Notes under the pieces: model-generated | What the model was told of the DNA's origin: nothing | Seen by the model: only the letters and a program-made list of their open reading frames with translations | Databases searched by the model: none | Assembly (NCBI GenBank): GCA_964016885.1 | Contig: OZ024740.1 | Span: forward strand, 11,346,001 to 11,410,000 | Length of the DNA: 64,000 bases | Direction: 5' to 3' | Origin: Eledone cirrhosa | Lineage: Eukaryota | Made by a program: the position numbers and the translations under genes | Shown here: piece after piece, positions 39,601-51,544 of the stretch | How the letters are laid out: each line of letters opens with the position of its first letter | Numbering within the stretch: position 1 is the first letter of the stretch

Positions 39601-42600
39601 TTGGTAGTGATGTTGTTGTTGTTGGTAGTGATGTTGTTGTCGGAGGTTGTGATGTTGTTGTTATTGTTGTTGGTAGTGATGTTGTTGTTGTTGTTGGTAG
39701 TGATGGTGTTGTTGTTGGAAGTAGTGATGTTGTTGTTGTTTGTAGTGATGTTGTTGTTGTTGGAAGTAGTGATGTTGTTGTTGTTTTTGTAGGTAGTAAT
39801 GTTGTTGTTGTTGGAAGTAGTGATGTTGTTGTTGTTGTTGGTAGTGATGTTGTTGTTGTTGGTAGTAATGTTGTTGTTGTTGGAGGTAGTGATGTTGTTG
39901 TTGTTGGAAGTAGTGATGTTGTTGTCGTTGTTGGTCGTGATGTTGTTGTTGTTGGAAGTAGTGATGTTGTTGTTGTTGGAGGTAGTGATGATGTTGTTGT
40001 TGTTTGTAGTAATGTTGTTGTTGTTGGAGGTAGTGATGTTGTTGTTGTTGGTGGTAGTAATGTTGTTGTTGTTGGAGGTAGTGATGTTGTTGTTATTGTT
40101 GTTGGTAGTAATGTTGTTGTTGTTGGAGGTAGTGATGTTGTTGTTCTAGGAGGTTGTGTTGTTGTTGTTGTTGGAGGTAGTGATGTTGTTGTTGGTGGTA
40201 GTGATGTTGTTGTTGTTGGAGGTAGTGATGTAGTTTTTGTTGGTAGTGATGTTGTTGTTGTTGGAGGTAGTGATTTTGTTGTTGTTGGAGGTAGTGATGT
40301 TGTTGTTGTTTGTCGTGATGTTGTTGTTGTTGGAAATAGTGATGTTGTTGTTGTTGTTGGAGGTAGTGATGTTGTTGTCGTTGGAGGTAGTGATGTCGTT
40401 GTTGTTGGAGGTAGTGATGTTGTTGTTGTTGTTGTTGGTAGTGATGTTGTTGTTGTTGGCGGTAGTGATGTTGTTGTTTTGGTAGTGATGTTGTTGTTGT
40501 TGGAAGTAGTAATATTGTTGTTGTTGGAGGTAGTAATGTTGTTGTTGTTGTCGGTAGTTATGTTGTTGTTGTTGTTGGAGGTAGTGATGTTGTTGTTGTT
40601 GGTAGTAATGTTGTTGTTGTTGGAGTTAGTGATGTTGTTGTTGTTGTTGGTAGTGATGTTGTTGTTGTTGTTGGTAGTGATGTTGTTGTTGTTGGAGGTA
40701 GTGATGTTGTTGTTGGTAGTAATGTTGTCGTTGTTGTTGATAGTGATGTTTTTGTTGTTGGAGGTAGTGATGTTGTTGTTGTTGGAGGTAGTGATATTGT
40801 TGTTGTTGTTGGTAGTGATGTTGTTGTTGTTGGAGGTAGTGATGTTGTTGTTGTTGGTAGTGATGTTGTTGTTGGAGTTAGTGATGTTGTTGTTGTTGGA
40901 GGTAGTGATGTTGTTGTTGTTGGAGGTAGTGATGTTGTTGTTGTTGTTGTTGGTAGTGATGTTGTTGTTGTTGGAGGTAGTGATGTTGTTAATGTTGGTC
41001 GTGATGTTGTTGTTGGAGGTAATGATGTCGTTGTTGTTAGAGGTAGTGATGTTGTTGTTGTTGGAGGTAGTGATGTTGTTGTTGTTGGAGGTAGTGATGT
41101 TGTTGTTGTTGGAGGTAGTGATGTTGTTGTTGTTGTTGGTTGTGATGTTGTTGTTGTTGGAGGTAGTGATGTTGTTGTTGTTGGTAGTGATGTTGTTGTT
41201 GTTGGATGTGGTGATGTTGTTGTTGTTGTTGGTCGTGAAATTGTTGTTGTTGTTGTTGGTCGTGATGTTGTTGTTGTTGGAGGTAGTGATGTTGTTGTTG
41301 TTGGAGGTAGTGATGTTGTTGTTGTTGTTGTTGGTAGTGATGTTGTTGTTGTTGTTGGAGGTAGTGATGTTGTTGTTGTTGTTGTTGGTAGTGATGTTGT
41401 TGTTGTTGGTAGTGATGTTGTTGTTGTTGGTAGTAATGTTGTTGTTGTTGGAGGTAGTGATGTTGTTGTTGTTAGAGGTAGTGATGTTGTTGTTGTTGGT
41501 AGTGATGTTGTTGTTGTTGTTGGTAGTGATGTTGTTGTTGTTGGAAGTAGTGACGTTGTTGTTGGTAGTGATGTTGTTGTTGTTGTTGTTGGTAGTGATG
41601 TTGTTGTTGTTGGAGGTAGTGATGTTGTTGTTGGTAGTGATGTTGTTGTTGTTGTTGTTGGTAGTGATGTTGTTGTTGTTGTTGGAAGTAGTGATGTTGT
41701 TGTTGGAGGTAGTGATGTTGTTGTTGTTGGTAGTAATGTTGTTGTTGTTGGAGGTAGTGATGTTGTTGTTGTTAGAGGTAGTGATGTTGTTGTTGTTGGT
41801 AGTGATGTTGTTGTTGTTGTTGGTAGTGATGTTGTTGTTGTTGGAAGTGATGTTGTTGTTGTTGGAAGTAGTGATGTTATTGTTGTTGTTGGTAGTGATG
41901 TTGTTGTTGTTGGAGGTAGTGATGTTGTTGTTGTTGCTATTAATGTTGTTGTTGTTGGAGTTAGTGATGTTGTTGTTGATGTTGGTAGTGATGTTGTTGT
42001 TGTTGTTGGTAGTGATGTTGTTGTTGTTGGAGGTAGTGATGTTGTTGTTAAAGGTAGTGATGTTTTTGTTGTTGTTGGTAGTGATGTTGTTGTTAAAGGT
42101 AGTGATGTTTTTGTTGTTGTTGGTAGTGAAGTTGTTGTTGGAGGTAGTGATGTTGTTGTTGTTGTTGGTAGTGATGTTGTTGTTGTTGGTAGTGATGTTG
42201 TTGTTGTTGGAAGTAGTGATGTTATTGTTGTTGTTGGTAGTGATGTTGTTGTTGTTGGAGGTAGTGATGTTGTTGTTGTTGCTATTAATGTTGTTGTTGT
42301 TGGAGTTAGTGATGTTGTTGTTGTTGGTAGTGATGTTGTTGTTGTTGTTGGTAGTGATGTTGTTGTTGTTGGAGGTAGTGATGTTGTTGTTGGTAGTAAT
42401 GTTGTCGTTGTTGTTGATAGTGATGTTTTTGTTGTTGGAGGTAGTGATGTTGTTGTTGCTGGAAGTAGTGATGTTGTTGTTGTTGTTGGTAGTGTTGTTG
42501 TTGTTGTTGGAAGTAGTGCTGCTGTTGTTGTTGTTGGTAGTGATGTTGTTGTTGTTGTTGGTAGTGATGTTGTTGTTGTTGTTGGTAGTGATGTTGTTGT

Positions 42601-45600
42601 TGTTGTTGGTAGTGATGTTGTTGTTGGAGGTAGTGATTTTGTTGTTGTTGGAAGTAGTGATGTTGTTGTTGTTGGTAGTGATGTTATTGTTGTTGGAAGT
42701 AGTGATGTTGTTGTTGTTCGAAGTAGTGATGTTGTTGTTGTTGGTAGTGATGTTGTTGTTGTTGTTGTTGTTGGTAGTGATATTGTTGTTGTTGGTAGTG
42801 ATGTTGTTGTTGGAGGTAGTGATGTTGTTATTGTTGTTGTTGTTGGTAGTGATATTGTTGTTGTAGGTAGTGATGTTGTTGTTGGAGGTAGTGATGATGT
42901 TGTTGTTGTTGTTGTAGGTAGTGATGTTGTTGTTGGAGGTAGTGATGATGTTGTTGTTGGAGGTAGTGATGTTGTTGTTGTTGTTGGTAGTGATGTTGTT
43001 GTTGTTGGTAGTGATGTTGTTGTCGGAGGTTGTGATGTTGTTGTTATTGTTGTTGGTAGTGATGTTGTTGTTGTTGTTGGTAGTGATGGTGTTGTTGTTG
43101 GAAGTAGTGATGTTGTTGTTGTTTGTAGTGATGTTGTTGTTGTTGGAAGTAGTGATGTTGTTGTTGTTTTTGTAGGTAGTAATGTTGTTGTTGTTGGAAG
43201 TAGTGGTGTTGTTGTTGTTGTTGGTAGTGATGTTGTTGTTGTTGGTAGTAATGTTGCTGTTGTTGGAGGTAGTGATGTTGTTGTTGTTGGAAGTAGTGAT
43301 GTTGTTGTCGTTGTTGGTCGTGATGTTGTTGTTGTTGGAAGTAGTGATGTTGTTGTTGTTGGAGGTAGTGATGATGTTGTTGTTGTTGTTGGAGGTAGTG
43401 ATGTTGTTGTTGGTGGTAGTGATGTTGTTGTTGTTGGAGGTAGTGATGTAGTTTTTGTTGGTAGTGATGTTGTTGTTGTTGGAGGTAGTGATTTTGTTGT
43501 TGTTGGAGGTAGTGATGTTGTTGTTGTTTGTCGTGATGTTGTTGTTGTTGGAAATAGTGATGTTGTTGTTGTTGTTGGAGGTAGTGATGTTGTTGTCGTT
43601 GGAGGTAGTGATGTCGTTGTTGTTGGAGGTAGTGATGTTGTTGTTGTTGTTGTTGGTAGTGATGTTGTTGTTGTTGGCGGTAGTGATGTTGTTGTTTTGG
43701 TAGTGATGTTGTTGTTGTTGGAAGTAGTAATATTGTTGTTGTTGGAGGTAGTAATGTTGTTGTTGTTGTCGGTAGTTATGTTGTTGTTGTTGTTGGAGGT
43801 AGTGATGTTGTTGTTGTTGGTAGTAATGTTGTTGTTGTTGGAGTTAGTGATGTTGTTGTTGTTGTTGGTAGTGATGTTGTTGTTGTTGTTGGTAGTGATG
43901 TTGTTGTTGTTGGAAGTAGTGATGTTGTTGTTGGTAGTAATGTTGTCGTTGTTGTTGATAGTGATGTTTTTGTTGTTGGAGGTAGTGATGTTGTTGTTGT
44001 TGGAGGTAGTGATATTGTTGTTGTTGTTGGTAGTGATGTTGTTGTTGTTGGAGGTAGTGATGTTGTTGTTGTTGGTAGTGATGTTGTTGTTGGAGTTATT
44101 GATGTTGTTGTTGTTGGAGGTAGTGATGTTGTTGTTGTTGGAGGTAGTGATGTTGTTGTTGTTGTTGTTGGTAGTGATGTTGTTGTTGTTGGAGGTAGTG
44201 ATGTTGTTAATGTTGGTCGTGATGTTGTTGTTGGAGGTAATGATGTCGTTGTTGTTGGAGGTAGTGATGTTGTTGTTGTTGGAGGTAGTGATGTTGTTGT
44301 TGTTGGAGGTAGTGATGTTGTTGTTGTTGGAGGTAGTGATGTTGTTGTTGTTGTTGGTTGTGATGTTGTTGTTGTTGGAGGTAGTGATGTTGTTGTTGTT
44401 GGTAGTGATGTTGTTGTTGTTGGATGTGGTGATGTTGTTGTTGTTGTTGGTCGTGAAATTGTTGTTGTTGTTGTTGGTCGTGATGTTGTTGTTGTTGGAG
44501 GTAGTGATGTTGTTGTTGTTGGAGGTAGTGATGTTGTTGTTGTTGTTGTTGGTAGTGATGTTGTTGTTGTTGTTGGAGGTAGTGATGTTGTTGTTGTTGT
44601 TGTTGGTAGTGATGTTGTTGTTGTTGGTAGTGATGTTGTTGTTGGTAGTAATGTTGTTGTTGTTGGAGGTAGTGATGTTGTTGTTGTTAGAGGTAGTGAT
44701 GTTGTTGTTGTTGGTAGTGATGTTGTTGTTGTTGTTGGTAGTGATGTTGTTGTTGTTGGAAGTAGTGACGTTGTTGTTGGTAGTGATGTTGTTGTTGTTG
44801 TTGTTGGTAGTGATGTTGTTGTTGTTGGAGGTAGTGATGTTGTTGTTGGTAGTGATGTTGTTGTTGTTGTTGTTGGTAGTGATGTTGTTGTTGTTGTTGG
44901 AAGTAGTGATGTTGTTGTTGGAGGTAGTGATGTTGTTGTTGTTGGTAGTAATGTTGTTGTTAAAGGTAGTGATGTTTTTGTTGTTGTTGGTAGTGAAGTT
45001 GTTGTTCTTGTTGGTAGTGATGTTGTTGTTGGAGGTAGTGATGTTGTTGTTGTTGGTAGTAATGTTGTTGTTGTTGGAGGTAGTGATGTTGTTGTTGTTA
45101 GAGGTAGTGATGTTGTTGTTGTTGGTAGTGATGTTGTTGTTGTTGTTGGTAGTGATGTTGTTGTTGTTGGAAGTGATGTTGTTGTTGTTGGAAGTAGTGA
45201 TGTTATTGTTGTTGTTGGTAGTGATGTTGTTGTTGTTGGAGGTAGTGATGTTGTTGTTGTTGCTATTAATGTTGTTGTTGTTGGAGTTAGTGATGTTGTT
45301 GTTGTTGTTGGTAGTGATGTTGTTGTTGTTGGAAGTGATGTTGTTGTTGTTGGAAGTAGTGATGTTTTTGTTGTTGTTGGTAGTGAAGTTGTTGTTCTTG
45401 TTGGTAGTGATGTTGTTGTTGGAGGTAGTGATGTTGTTGTTGTTGTTGGTAGTGATGTTGTTGTTGTTGGTAGTGATGTTGTTGTTGTTGGAAGTAGTGA
45501 CGTTATTGTTGTTGTTGGTAGTGATGTTGTTGTTGTTGGAGGTAGTGATGTTGTTGTTGTTGCTATTAATGTTGTTGTTGTTGGAGTTAGTGATGTTGTT

Positions 45601-47325
45601 GTTGTTGTTGGTAGTGATGTTGTTGTTGTTGTTGGTAGTGATGTTGTTGTTGTTGGAGGTAGTGATGTTGTTGTTGGTAGTAATGTTGTCGTTGTTGTTG
45701 ATAGTGATGTTTTTGTTGTTGGAGGTAGTGATGTTGTTGTTGTTGGAGGTAGTGATGTTGTTGTTGTTGTTGTTGGTAGTGATGTTGTTGTTGTTGGAGA
45801 TAGTGATGTTGTTGTTGTTGGTAGTGATGTTGTTGTTGTTGGAGGTAGTGATGTTGTTGTTGTTGGAGGTAGTGATGTTGTTGTTGTTAGAGGTAGTGAT
45901 GTTGTTAATGTTGGTCATGATGTTGTTGTTGGAGGTAATGATGTCGTTGTTGTTGGAGGTAGTGATGTTGTTGTTGTTGGAGGTAGTGATGTTGTTGTTG
46001 TTGGAGGTAGTGATGTTGTTGTTGTTGGAGGTAGTGATGTTGTTGTTGTTGTTGGTAGTGATGTTGTTGTTGTTGGAGGTAGTGATGTTGTTGTTGTTGT
46101 TGGTAGTGATGTTGTTGTTGTTGTTGGTAGTGATGTTGTTGTTGTTGGAGGTAGTGATGTTGTTGTTGGTAGTAATGTTGTCGTTGTTGTTGATAGTGAT
46201 ATTTTTGTTGTTGGAGGTAGTGATGTTGTTGTTGTTGGAGGTAGTGATGTTGTTGTTGTTGTTGGTAGTGATGTTGTTGTTGTTGGAGATAGTGATGTTG
46301 TTGTTGTTGGTAGTGATGTTGTTGTTGTTGGAGGTAGTGATGTTGTTGTTGTTGGAGGTAGTGATGTTGTTGTTGTTAGAGGTAGTGATGTTGTTAATGT
46401 TGGTCATGATGTTGTTGTTGGAGGTAATGATGTCGTTGTTGTTGGAGGTAGTGATGTTGTTGTTGTTGGAGGTAGTGATGTTGTTGTTGTTGGAGGTAGT
46501 GATGTTGTTGTTGTTGGAGGTAGTGATGTTGTTGTTGTTGTTGGTAGTGATGTTGTTGTTGTTGGATTTAGTGATGTTGTTGTTGTTGGTAGTGATGTTG
46601 TTGGAGGTAGTGATGTTGTTGTTGTTGGTAGTGATGTTGTTGTTGTTGGATGTGGTGATGTTGTTGTTGTTGGAGGTAGTGATGTTGTTGTTGTTGTTGG
46701 AGGTAGTGATGTTGTTGTTGTTGGTAGTGATGTTGTTTTTGTTGTTGGTAGTGATGTTGTTGTTGGAGGTAGTGATGTTGTTGTTGTTGGTAGTGATGTT
46801 GTTGTTGTTGGATGTGGTGATGTTGTTGTTGTTGGAGGTAGTGATGTTGTTGTTGTTGTTGGAGGTAGTGATGTTGTTGTTGTTGGTAGTGATGTTGTTT
46901 TTGTTGTTGGTAGTGATGTTGTTGTTGGAGGTAGTGATGTTGTTGTTGTTGGAAGTAGTGATGTTGTTGTTGTTGGTAGTGATGTTGTTTTTGTTGTTGG
47001 TAGTGATCTTGTTGTTGGAGGTAGTGATGTTGTTGTTGTTGGTAGTGATGTTGTTGTTGTTGGATGTGGTGATGTTGTTGTTGTTGGAGGTAGTGATGTT
47101 GTTGTTGTTGTTGGAGGTAGTGATGTTGTTGTTGTTGGTAGTGATGTTGTTGTTGTTGGGGGTAGTGATTTTGTTCTTGTTGGAGGTAGTGATGTTGTTG
47201 TTGTTGGAAGTAGTGATGTTGTTGTTGTTGGAGGTAGTGATTTTGTTGTTGTTGGAGGTAGTGATGTTGTTGTTGGAGGTAGTGATGTTGTTGTTGTTGG
47301 TAGTAATGTTGTTGTTGTTGTTGTT
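1..47325. repeat. Large minisatellite/satellite array, unit GGTAGTGAT(GTT)2-8(GGA)0-1 (~18-30 bp), with higher-order repeats; open at the left edge of the window
   Basis: Continuous reiteration of gtagtgat followed by (gtt)n with optional gga. The + strand is almost devoid of C. Rare variants (ttctaggagg, ggtattaatg, gaaatagt, ggagctag, gtgaaatt) recur in a fixed order. Confidence 0.98.
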
Positions 47326-47401
47326 TTTATTCACAGTTAATTATTATGTTGGCAACATTTTGTTGTTATTTTTCTTGTTGATATTGTCGTTAATTTTAAT
47401 G

Positions 47402-48170
47402 TAGGTGATGGTGATGGTGATGGTATGGTGATAGTAATGGTGATGGTATGGTGATGGTAATGGTGATGATGATGGTGATGGTATGGTGATGTTAATGGTC
47501 ATGGTGATGGTGATGATGATGGTGATGGTATGGTGATGGTAATGGTGATGGTGATGGTGATGGTATGGTGATGGTAATGGTGATGGTGATGGTGATGGTA
47601 TGGTGATGGTGATGGTCATGGTGATGGTGATGGTATGGTGATGGTGATGGTAATGGTGATGTGATGTTATGGTGATGGTAATGGTGATTGTGATTGTGAT
47701 GGTATGGTGATGGTGATTGTAATGGTGATGGTGATGTTATGGTGATGGTAATGGTGATTGTGATGGTGATGGTATGGTGATGGTGATGGTGATGGTGATG
47801 GTGGTGATGATGGTATGGTGATGGTAATGGTGATGGTGATGGTGATGGTATGGTGATGGTAATGGTGATGGTGATGGTGATGGTAATGGTGATGGTGATG
47901 GTGATGGTTTGGTGATGGTGATGGTGATGGCGATGGTGATGGTGATTTTAATTGTGATGTTAATGGTGATGGTGATGGTGATGGTATGGTTATGTTAATG
48001 TTGATGGTGATGGTGATGTTAATGGTGATGGTGATGTTAATGGTGATGGTGGTGTTAATGGTGATGGTGATGGTGATGGTGATGTTAATTTTGTTGTAGG
48101 TGATGGTGATAGTGATAGTGATGGTAATGGTGATGGTGAAGGTATGGTGATGGTATGGTAAGGGTGATAG
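47402..48170. repeat. Degenerate (GGTGAT)n microsatellite with GGTAT/GGTAAT variants
   Basis: ggtgatggtgatggtatggtgatggtaat reiterations seen directly. Confidence 0.95.
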
Positions 48171-48772
48171 TATGGTGGTGATGGTGATGGTGGTGATGGT
48201 GGTGGGGATTGTGCTGGTGGTGTTGGTGATGATGATAGTGTTGGTGGTGGTGGTGATTGTGGTGATGATAGTGGTGGTGGTGATGATGATAGTGGTGGTG
48301 GTGGTGGTAGTGATAGTGGTGGTCGTGGTCCTGGTGGTGGTGGTGATGATAGTGGTGGTGGTGGTGGTGATGATGATAGTGGTGGTGGTGGTGATGGTGA
48401 TTGTGGTGGTGGTGGTGGTGGTAGTGATAGTGGTGGTCGTGGTCCTGGTGGTGGTGGTGGTGGTGGTGATGATAGTGGTGGTGGTGATGATAGTGGTGGT
48501 GGTAGTGGTGATGATGATAGTGGTGGTGGTGGTGATGGTGATTGTGGTGGTGGTGGTGGTGGTAGTGATAGTGGTGGTTGTGGTCCTGGTGGTGGTGGTG
48601 GTGGTGGTGGTGTTGGTGATGATAGTGGTGGTGGTGGTGGTGGTGGTGGTGATGATAGTGGTGGTGGTGGTGGCGATGATGATAGTGGTGGTGGTGGTGA
48701 TGCACAAGGAAGGGCAACAGAAATAACGCCACCACCACCGCCACCACCACTATCACCACCACCACCACCACT
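48171..48772. repeat. Degenerate (GGT)n/(GAT)n compound microsatellite, followed by a short inverted (ACC)n tract at 48729-48772
   Basis: ggtggtggtgatgatagtggt runs. The marker ggtagtgatagtggtggt(c/t)gtggtcctgg occurs three times (~48306, 48420, 48561). Confidence 0.93.
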
Positions 48773-49016
48773 ACATGTCTTGTGTTCACCTTCTATTCGG
48801 TTTGTTTACTTCGTTTTTTCCTCTTTCCCTTTTTTCTTTCTTCCTCTCTCTTCACTATCAATTCTTTCCTCCGTGGCCTTTTGATGGATAAAAGGCCTCG
48901 GGCGCGCTGCCGATCGATGCCCTGTTTTTAAGCGCCGAAACATATCTATGATCCGCAGTAATCAGCTGATGAAGGGCTACTTTGCTTCTCTTGTTTATGT
49001 CCCTATTACCATCTTA

Positions 49017-49050
<34 letters not shown>

Positions 49051-49317
49051 GGAAAAAATGAAACGAAATTTCATTTCTCACTCTTAGTACGGCTGTTACT
49101 TAAATATAAGTATGTATACGTACATACATATATGTATACAGACGTACAGTAGTATGTATATATATATACATACATGCACACATATATATATATATGTACG
49201 TATGGATTCACCGAACATTTATTATAATGCTCGGTGTGTTTGTAAACAAACATCCCGAATTAAGCCGTACAGTGTCAAGCAACCATCGTTGCTCATTTGT
49301 TCAACACTGACAAAGGA

Positions 49318-49360
49318 ACGCTGTACTAGTTTCAAGCTTATTAGCTATCGTCAGCAACGT
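49318..49360 (-). ncRNA. Minimal type I hammerhead ribozyme (family A)
   Basis: Minus strand reads ACGUUG CUGACGA UAGCU AAUA AGCUU GAAA CUAG UA^ CAGCGU: 6-bp stem I, canonical core, 4-bp stem II closed by U.U, palindromic stem III ACUAGU, GUA triplet. Confidence 0.88.
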
Positions 49361-49872
49361 ATACCTTCCTGCCAGATGGTTGAACGTCTGAAAGTATATA
49401 CCTTCCTTATGCATATTAACGGCTGAGCAGCCAAATTTGTATATCCAGTGAGTTAATCGGCCGGGTTACCGAAAACGATAAACGGCAAAAATGAAATGAA
49501 ATTTCATTTCTCACTCTTAGTACGGCAGTTACTTAAATATAAGTATGTATACGTACATACATATATGTATACAGACGTACAGTAGTATGTATATATACAT
49601 ATATGCACACATATATATATGTACGTATGGATTCACCGAACATTTATTATAATGCTCGGTGTGTTTGTAAACAAACATCCCGAATTAAGCCGTACAGTGT
49701 TTAGCAACCATCGTTGCTCATTTGTTCAACACTGACATTCATTTTTTCCGTTTATCGTTTTCGGTACCGCGGCCGATTAACTCACTCGATATGCAAATTA
49801 GGCTGCTCCGCCGTTAATATGCATAAGGAAGGTATATATTTTCAGACGTTCAACCATCTGGCAGGAAGGTAT

Positions 49873-49915
49873 ACGTTGCTGACGATAGCTAATAAGCTTT
49901 AAACTAGTACAGGGT
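49873..49915 (+). ncRNA. Hammerhead family A, inactivated copy
   Basis: acgttg ctgacga tagctaataagctt TAAA ctag ta caggg: G12 is mutated to U. Confidence 0.75.
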
Positions 49916-50118
49916 TCCTTTGTCAGTGTTGAACAAATGAGCAACGATGGTTGCTAGACACTGTACGGCTTAATTCGGGATGTTTGTTTACAAACACACC
50001 GAGCATTATAATAAATGTTCGGTGAATCCATACGAACATATATATATGTGTGCATGTATGTGTATATATATACATACTACTGTACGTCTGTATACATATA
50101 TGTATGTATGTATACATA

Positions 50119-50192
<74 letters not shown>

Positions 50193-50425
50193 TTAGAAAC
50201 ACACAGATACATGCGGACACACACATATATACATGAATGCATCCGCACCCAACTGTGAGTTAAGGGTGCCAACTTCACCGATGTTGCTCAATGAATGACT
50301 GGGACAGACCAATTCAGTTGAACCAGACTGAACCAGTATCAGAGTTAAAAATACATTATGAAGAGAGAAGAAACATTTAGATATAATTAGTAATAAAATG
50401 TATCATACCTAAACTGTTCCTAAAT

Positions 50426-50515
50426 TCCTCGACTACGTAGTTTCGTGGCATAAACAAAAACAATATATCATAAAGACATAGAGTCCTTGCGAGGTCTGCC
50501 GACTTATCAAGAGGA
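50426..50515 (-). ncRNA. Hammerhead family B (U3-A8 variant), inverted copy
   Basis: Reverse complement of 51348-51437 with core and stems intact. Confidence 0.8.
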
Positions 50516-51347
50516 TACCTCATTTTACTAGTCTCAAGAACGCGTCTACACGACGTGAGAAAGAATCCCAAAAGGCGGAGGGGGAGATAGTCACGCGATA
50601 TAACGGTCGAGAAACAGAGCTAAGCCTCTTATAACCCCGAAGAAAATACCACGGAGGCGGAGGGGGTATTTATATCGAGGCCGTAGAAGAGGTGGCGAAG
50701 AAGGCGAGAAGTATGAGTAATGGAAGCTATCCAGCTGTCCCCACACTTCAAAGATTGCTCGACCAGAGGGAGTTATTAACAATATATTTGGAAACACACA
50801 GATACATGCGGACACACACATATATACATGAATGCATCCGCACCCAAGGAGCAGTTTAGGTATGATACATTTTATTACTAATTATATCTAAATGTTTCTT
50901 CTCTCTTCATAATGTATTTTTAACTCTGATACTGGTTCAGTCTGGTTCAACTGAATTGGTCTGTCCCAGTCATTCATTGAGCAACATCGGTGAAGTTGGC
51001 ACCCTTAACTCACAGTTGGGTGCGGATGCATTCATGTATATATGTGTGTGTCCGCATGTATCTGTGTGTTTCTAAATATATTGTTAATAACTCCCTCTGG
51101 TCGAGCAATCTTTGAAGTGTGGGGACAGCTGGATAGCTTCCATTACTCATACTTCTCGCCTTCTTCGCCACCTCTTCTACGGCCTCGATATAAATACCCC
51201 CTCCGCCTCCGTGGTATTTTCTTCGGGGTTATAAGAGGCTTAGCTCTGTTTCTCGACCGTTATATCGCGTGACTATCTCCCCCTCCCCCTTTTGGGATTC
51301 TTTCTCACGTCGTGTAGACGCGTTCTTGAGACTAGTAAAATGAGGTA

Positions 51348-51437
51348 TCCTCTTGATAAGTCGGCAGACCTCGCAAGGACTCTATGTCTTTATGATATAT
51401 TGTTTTTGTTTATGCCACGAAACTACGTAGTCGAGGA
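51348..51437 (+). ncRNA. Type I hammerhead ribozyme family B, U3-A8 core variant, long stem II
   Basis: UCCUC UUGAUAA GUcGGCA..(~45 nt)..UGCCAC GAAA CUACGUAG UC^ GAGGA: 5-bp stem I, palindromic stem III ACUACGUAGU, GUC triplet. Confidence 0.82.
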
Positions 51438-51506
51438 ATTTAGGAGCAGTTTAGGTATGATACATTTTATTACTAATTATATCTAAATGTTTCTTCTCTC
51501 TTCATA

Positions 51507-51540
<34 letters not shown>

Positions 51541-51544
<4 letters not shown>

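Larger units (their letters stand above)
49047..50123. mobile_element. Non-coding HHR-bearing element A (retrozyme-like or PLE pseudo-LTR): 433-bp unit, ~1.6 tandem copies on - (49047-49737) joined head-to-head to ~0.9 copy on + (49738-50123)
   Basis: Direct repeat of aaacgg(a/c)aaaaatgaaa at 49047 and 49480. 49738-50123 is the reverse complement of the unit. Flanked by (TA)n on both sides; no credible ORF; contains an HHR. Confidence 0.85.
50186..51511. mobile_element. Non-coding HHR-bearing element B: 595-bp unit, ~1.1 copies on - (50186-50847) head-to-head with ~1.1 circularly permuted copies on + (50848-51511)
   Basis: Terminal redundancy at 50186/50781 and 50847/51442. Near-identical ORF translations on opposite strands (50377-50571 vs 51292-51486; 50591-50821 vs 51042-51272). 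(TA)n on both flanks. Confidence 0.87.

Noticed and set aside
1-47404. Dozens of + strand Leu/Val/Met-rich and GSDVVVV ORFs
   Set aside because: They are translations of the satellite, with recurrent frameshifts and stops and no domain content.
1-48700. Telomeric repeat or CRISPR array
   Set aside because: No TTAGGG arrays, and the G-rich strand points toward the interior boundary. There is no constant repeat with unique spacers and no cas genes.
47344-48789. His-rich, Thr-rich and Val-rich ORFs
   Set aside because: Products of the GGT/GAT microsatellites.
48875-48985. Possible hammerhead (GAAACATATCTATG...CTGATGA) and hairpin GGCCTTTT/AAAAGGCC
   Set aside because: Core boxes are present in type II order, but stem I and the U16.1 position do not fit; at best a decayed relic.
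50377-51486. Duplicated 64-aa and 76-aa ORFs in element B
   Set aside because: Their identity reflects the recent inverted duplication; they are short and have no recognisable motifs.
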